From an uncultured Nonlabens sp. (GTDB lineage: Bacteria > Bacteroidota > Bacteroidia > Flavobacteriales > Flavobacteriaceae), in NCBI GenBank assembly GCA_947491755.1, contig CANLKV010000005.1:27103-91102 (forward strand): a stretch of 64,000 nucleotides of DNA, in the 5' to 3' direction. A model generated the notes under the pieces. That model saw only the letters and a list, made by a program, of their open reading frames with translations. It ran no database searches and was not told where the DNA came from. Position 1 is the first letter of the stretch, and every line of letters starts with the position of its first letter. Positions 62,657-64,000 of this stretch are shown here, piece after piece. The position numbers and the translations under genes were made by a program.

Positions 62657-63412
62657 CTATTGAGTAATTTTTATATAATCAATCTTAAACTCCTGAGGAA
62701 ATATAGTATCGTCTACCTGATCACCGCCGAAGGTGCCACCAACGGCAGTATTCAAAATAAGATAAAATGGCTGATCGTAAGGCCATATGTCTGAGGTGCG
62801 TTGCTCTGGATTAAATGTATAAACTAGGGCATCGTCTATATAAAACGCTATTTTTTCCTTATTCCAAACGGTTTTAAAAATGTGATAAGCATCAGAGAGG
62901 TTATTGACCTTGGTAACAGCTGTGTTTTTACTATTTCCATGGCTATCTGCAGTGTGCATGGTGGTATGGATTTGATCAGGATTTTTACCGGCAAATTCCA
63001 TCATATCGATTTCTCCTGCCTGCGGCCAGCCTACCTCGTCAATATTACTTCCTAACAACCAGATGGCAGGCCAGATACCCGTACCACTAGGTAACATCGC
63101 TTTTACCTCAATAGTTCCATATTGAAACTCTAGTTTGTCTTTTGTCTGAATTTTGGCAGAATAGTACGTGTTATTCTCCCTCGTAGTGGTAATAATTAAG
63201 TTGCTATCCTCAATCCGCAAATTTTCAGGGCGATAGGTTTGTAGCTCGTTGTTGCCCCAGCCACATAGATCTGGACAACCATCACCATTTTGAAAACTCC
63301 ACACCTTATTATTGAGTTCTGTAGAATCAAAATCATCAAAATAGATGATCTCTTGCGCTGTTGTCACAATAGGAAGAGACAGCAACAATAAAAGAAAGGT
63401 TAGTTTTTTCAT
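62657..63412 (-). CDS. GH16 beta-glucanase/laminarinase-like, secreted
   Basis: Signal peptide; WGNNELQ, WPAIWLL, catalytic EIDMME (ExDxxE). Confidence 0.9.
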   Translation of the reverse strand: MKKLTFLLLLLSLPIVTTAQEIIYFDDFDSTELNNKVWSFQNGDGCPDLCGWGNNELQTYRPENLRIEDSNLIITTTRENNTYYSAKIQTKDKLEFQYGTIEVKAMLPSGTGIWPAIWLLGSNIDEVGWPQAGEIDMMEFAGKNPDQIHTTMHTADSHGNSKNTAVTKVNNLSDAYHIFKTVWNKEKIAFYIDDALVYTFNPEQRTSDIWPYDQPFYLILNTAVGGTFGGDQVDDTIFPQEFKIDYIKITQ

Positions 63413-64000
63413 CTACTGCTGTAATTCAAACTGAGTTTGTAGGGTGGCCTTTGACGATCCTCCTATCCATACATTAAAAGAACCATCCTCAACCAACCAA
63501 TTACCCTGATTATCGTAAAAGCCTAACTGCTCACGGGTCAATTCAAACGTAAGTTCTTTGCTTTCTCCAGGTTTGAGGTATACTTTTTTAAAGCCTTTAA
63601 GTTCTCTAATGGGTCTTATGACAGATGCAAATTGATCTTGAATATATAATTGAGCTACCTCTTCTCCTGCTACCTCTCCTGTGTTCTTGAGAGTAACATT
63701 TACTTTTACCGTAGCATCTGTATTATAGGTATTGTCCACCTTTAAGTCTTTATAATCAAAGGTTGTATAACTCAATCCATGACCAAAATGCCACAGTGGC
63801 TCATTAGGAGCATCTTGATAATGAGACCAGAATACAACATCTTTACCGGGTAGCGTAGGTCTTCCAGTGCTTTTTCTATTATAATAAACTGGGGCTTGTC
63901 CTGCATTGACTGGGAAACTCATGGGTAATTTACCTGACGGATTGTAGTCACCATGCAACACCTGAGCAATAGCATGACCTGACTGCGCACCTAGCTGCCA
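63413..64000 (-). CDS. GH3 beta-glucosidase, C-terminal part (5'-truncated by the window edge)
   Basis: NPSGKLPMSFP, FGHGLSYTTF, Fn3-like EVAQLY...ELKGF. Confidence 0.9.
   Translation of the reverse strand, partial: WQLGAQSGHAIAQVLHGDYNPSGKLPMSFPVNAGQAPVYYNRKSTGRPTLPGKDVVFWSHYQDAPNEPLWHFGHGLSYTTFDYKDLKVDNTYNTDATVKVNVTLKNTGEVAGEEVAQLYIQDQFASVIRPIRELKGFKKVYLKPGESKELTFELTREQLGFYDNQGNWLVEDGSFNVWIGGSSKATLQTQFELQQ

Overview
Flavobacteriaceae chromosomal window, most consistent with Nonlabens or a close relative: the NTQ rhodopsin closely resembles NM-R3 as I recall it, and TAnnTTTG -7 promoters occur throughout. It holds: the end of a cbb3-oxidase maturation/heme cluster (fixH, hemJ, hemN); a Crp/Fnr-led sulfur/persulfide cluster; a light-biology block (photolyase-family gene, NTQ chloride-pump rhodopsin, two stand-alone BLUF proteins, NDQ sodium-pump rhodopsin); housekeeping genes (dnaB, accA, lptF/G, tgt, split transketolase, aroK, tRNA-Lys, tRNA-Leu); a probable uronic-acid lipid A modification cluster; a PepSY/TonB receptor/DUF4374 uptake triad with Fur-like boxes; a CarH/LitR-type regulator heading a myxol-type carotenoid cluster; ggt; aconitase; a SurA/MoxR operon; and the edge of a GH3/GH16 locus. 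The strongest unexplained signal is a GC-rich 16-bp palindrome, CGCTTTCGCGAAAGCG, present 16 times (9 perfect). Ten copies lie inside coding sequences in all three frames (AFAKA, RFRES, LSRK/LTRK), resembling a DUS/HIP1-like genome-wide signal. Next are three GTAAC-N4-GTTAC boxes and one TGAC-N4-GTCA box, each exactly 21 nt upstream of a -7 element. No CRISPR array, rRNA, integrase or intact transposase was seen. All family calls rest on motif recognition by eye; no database searches were run.
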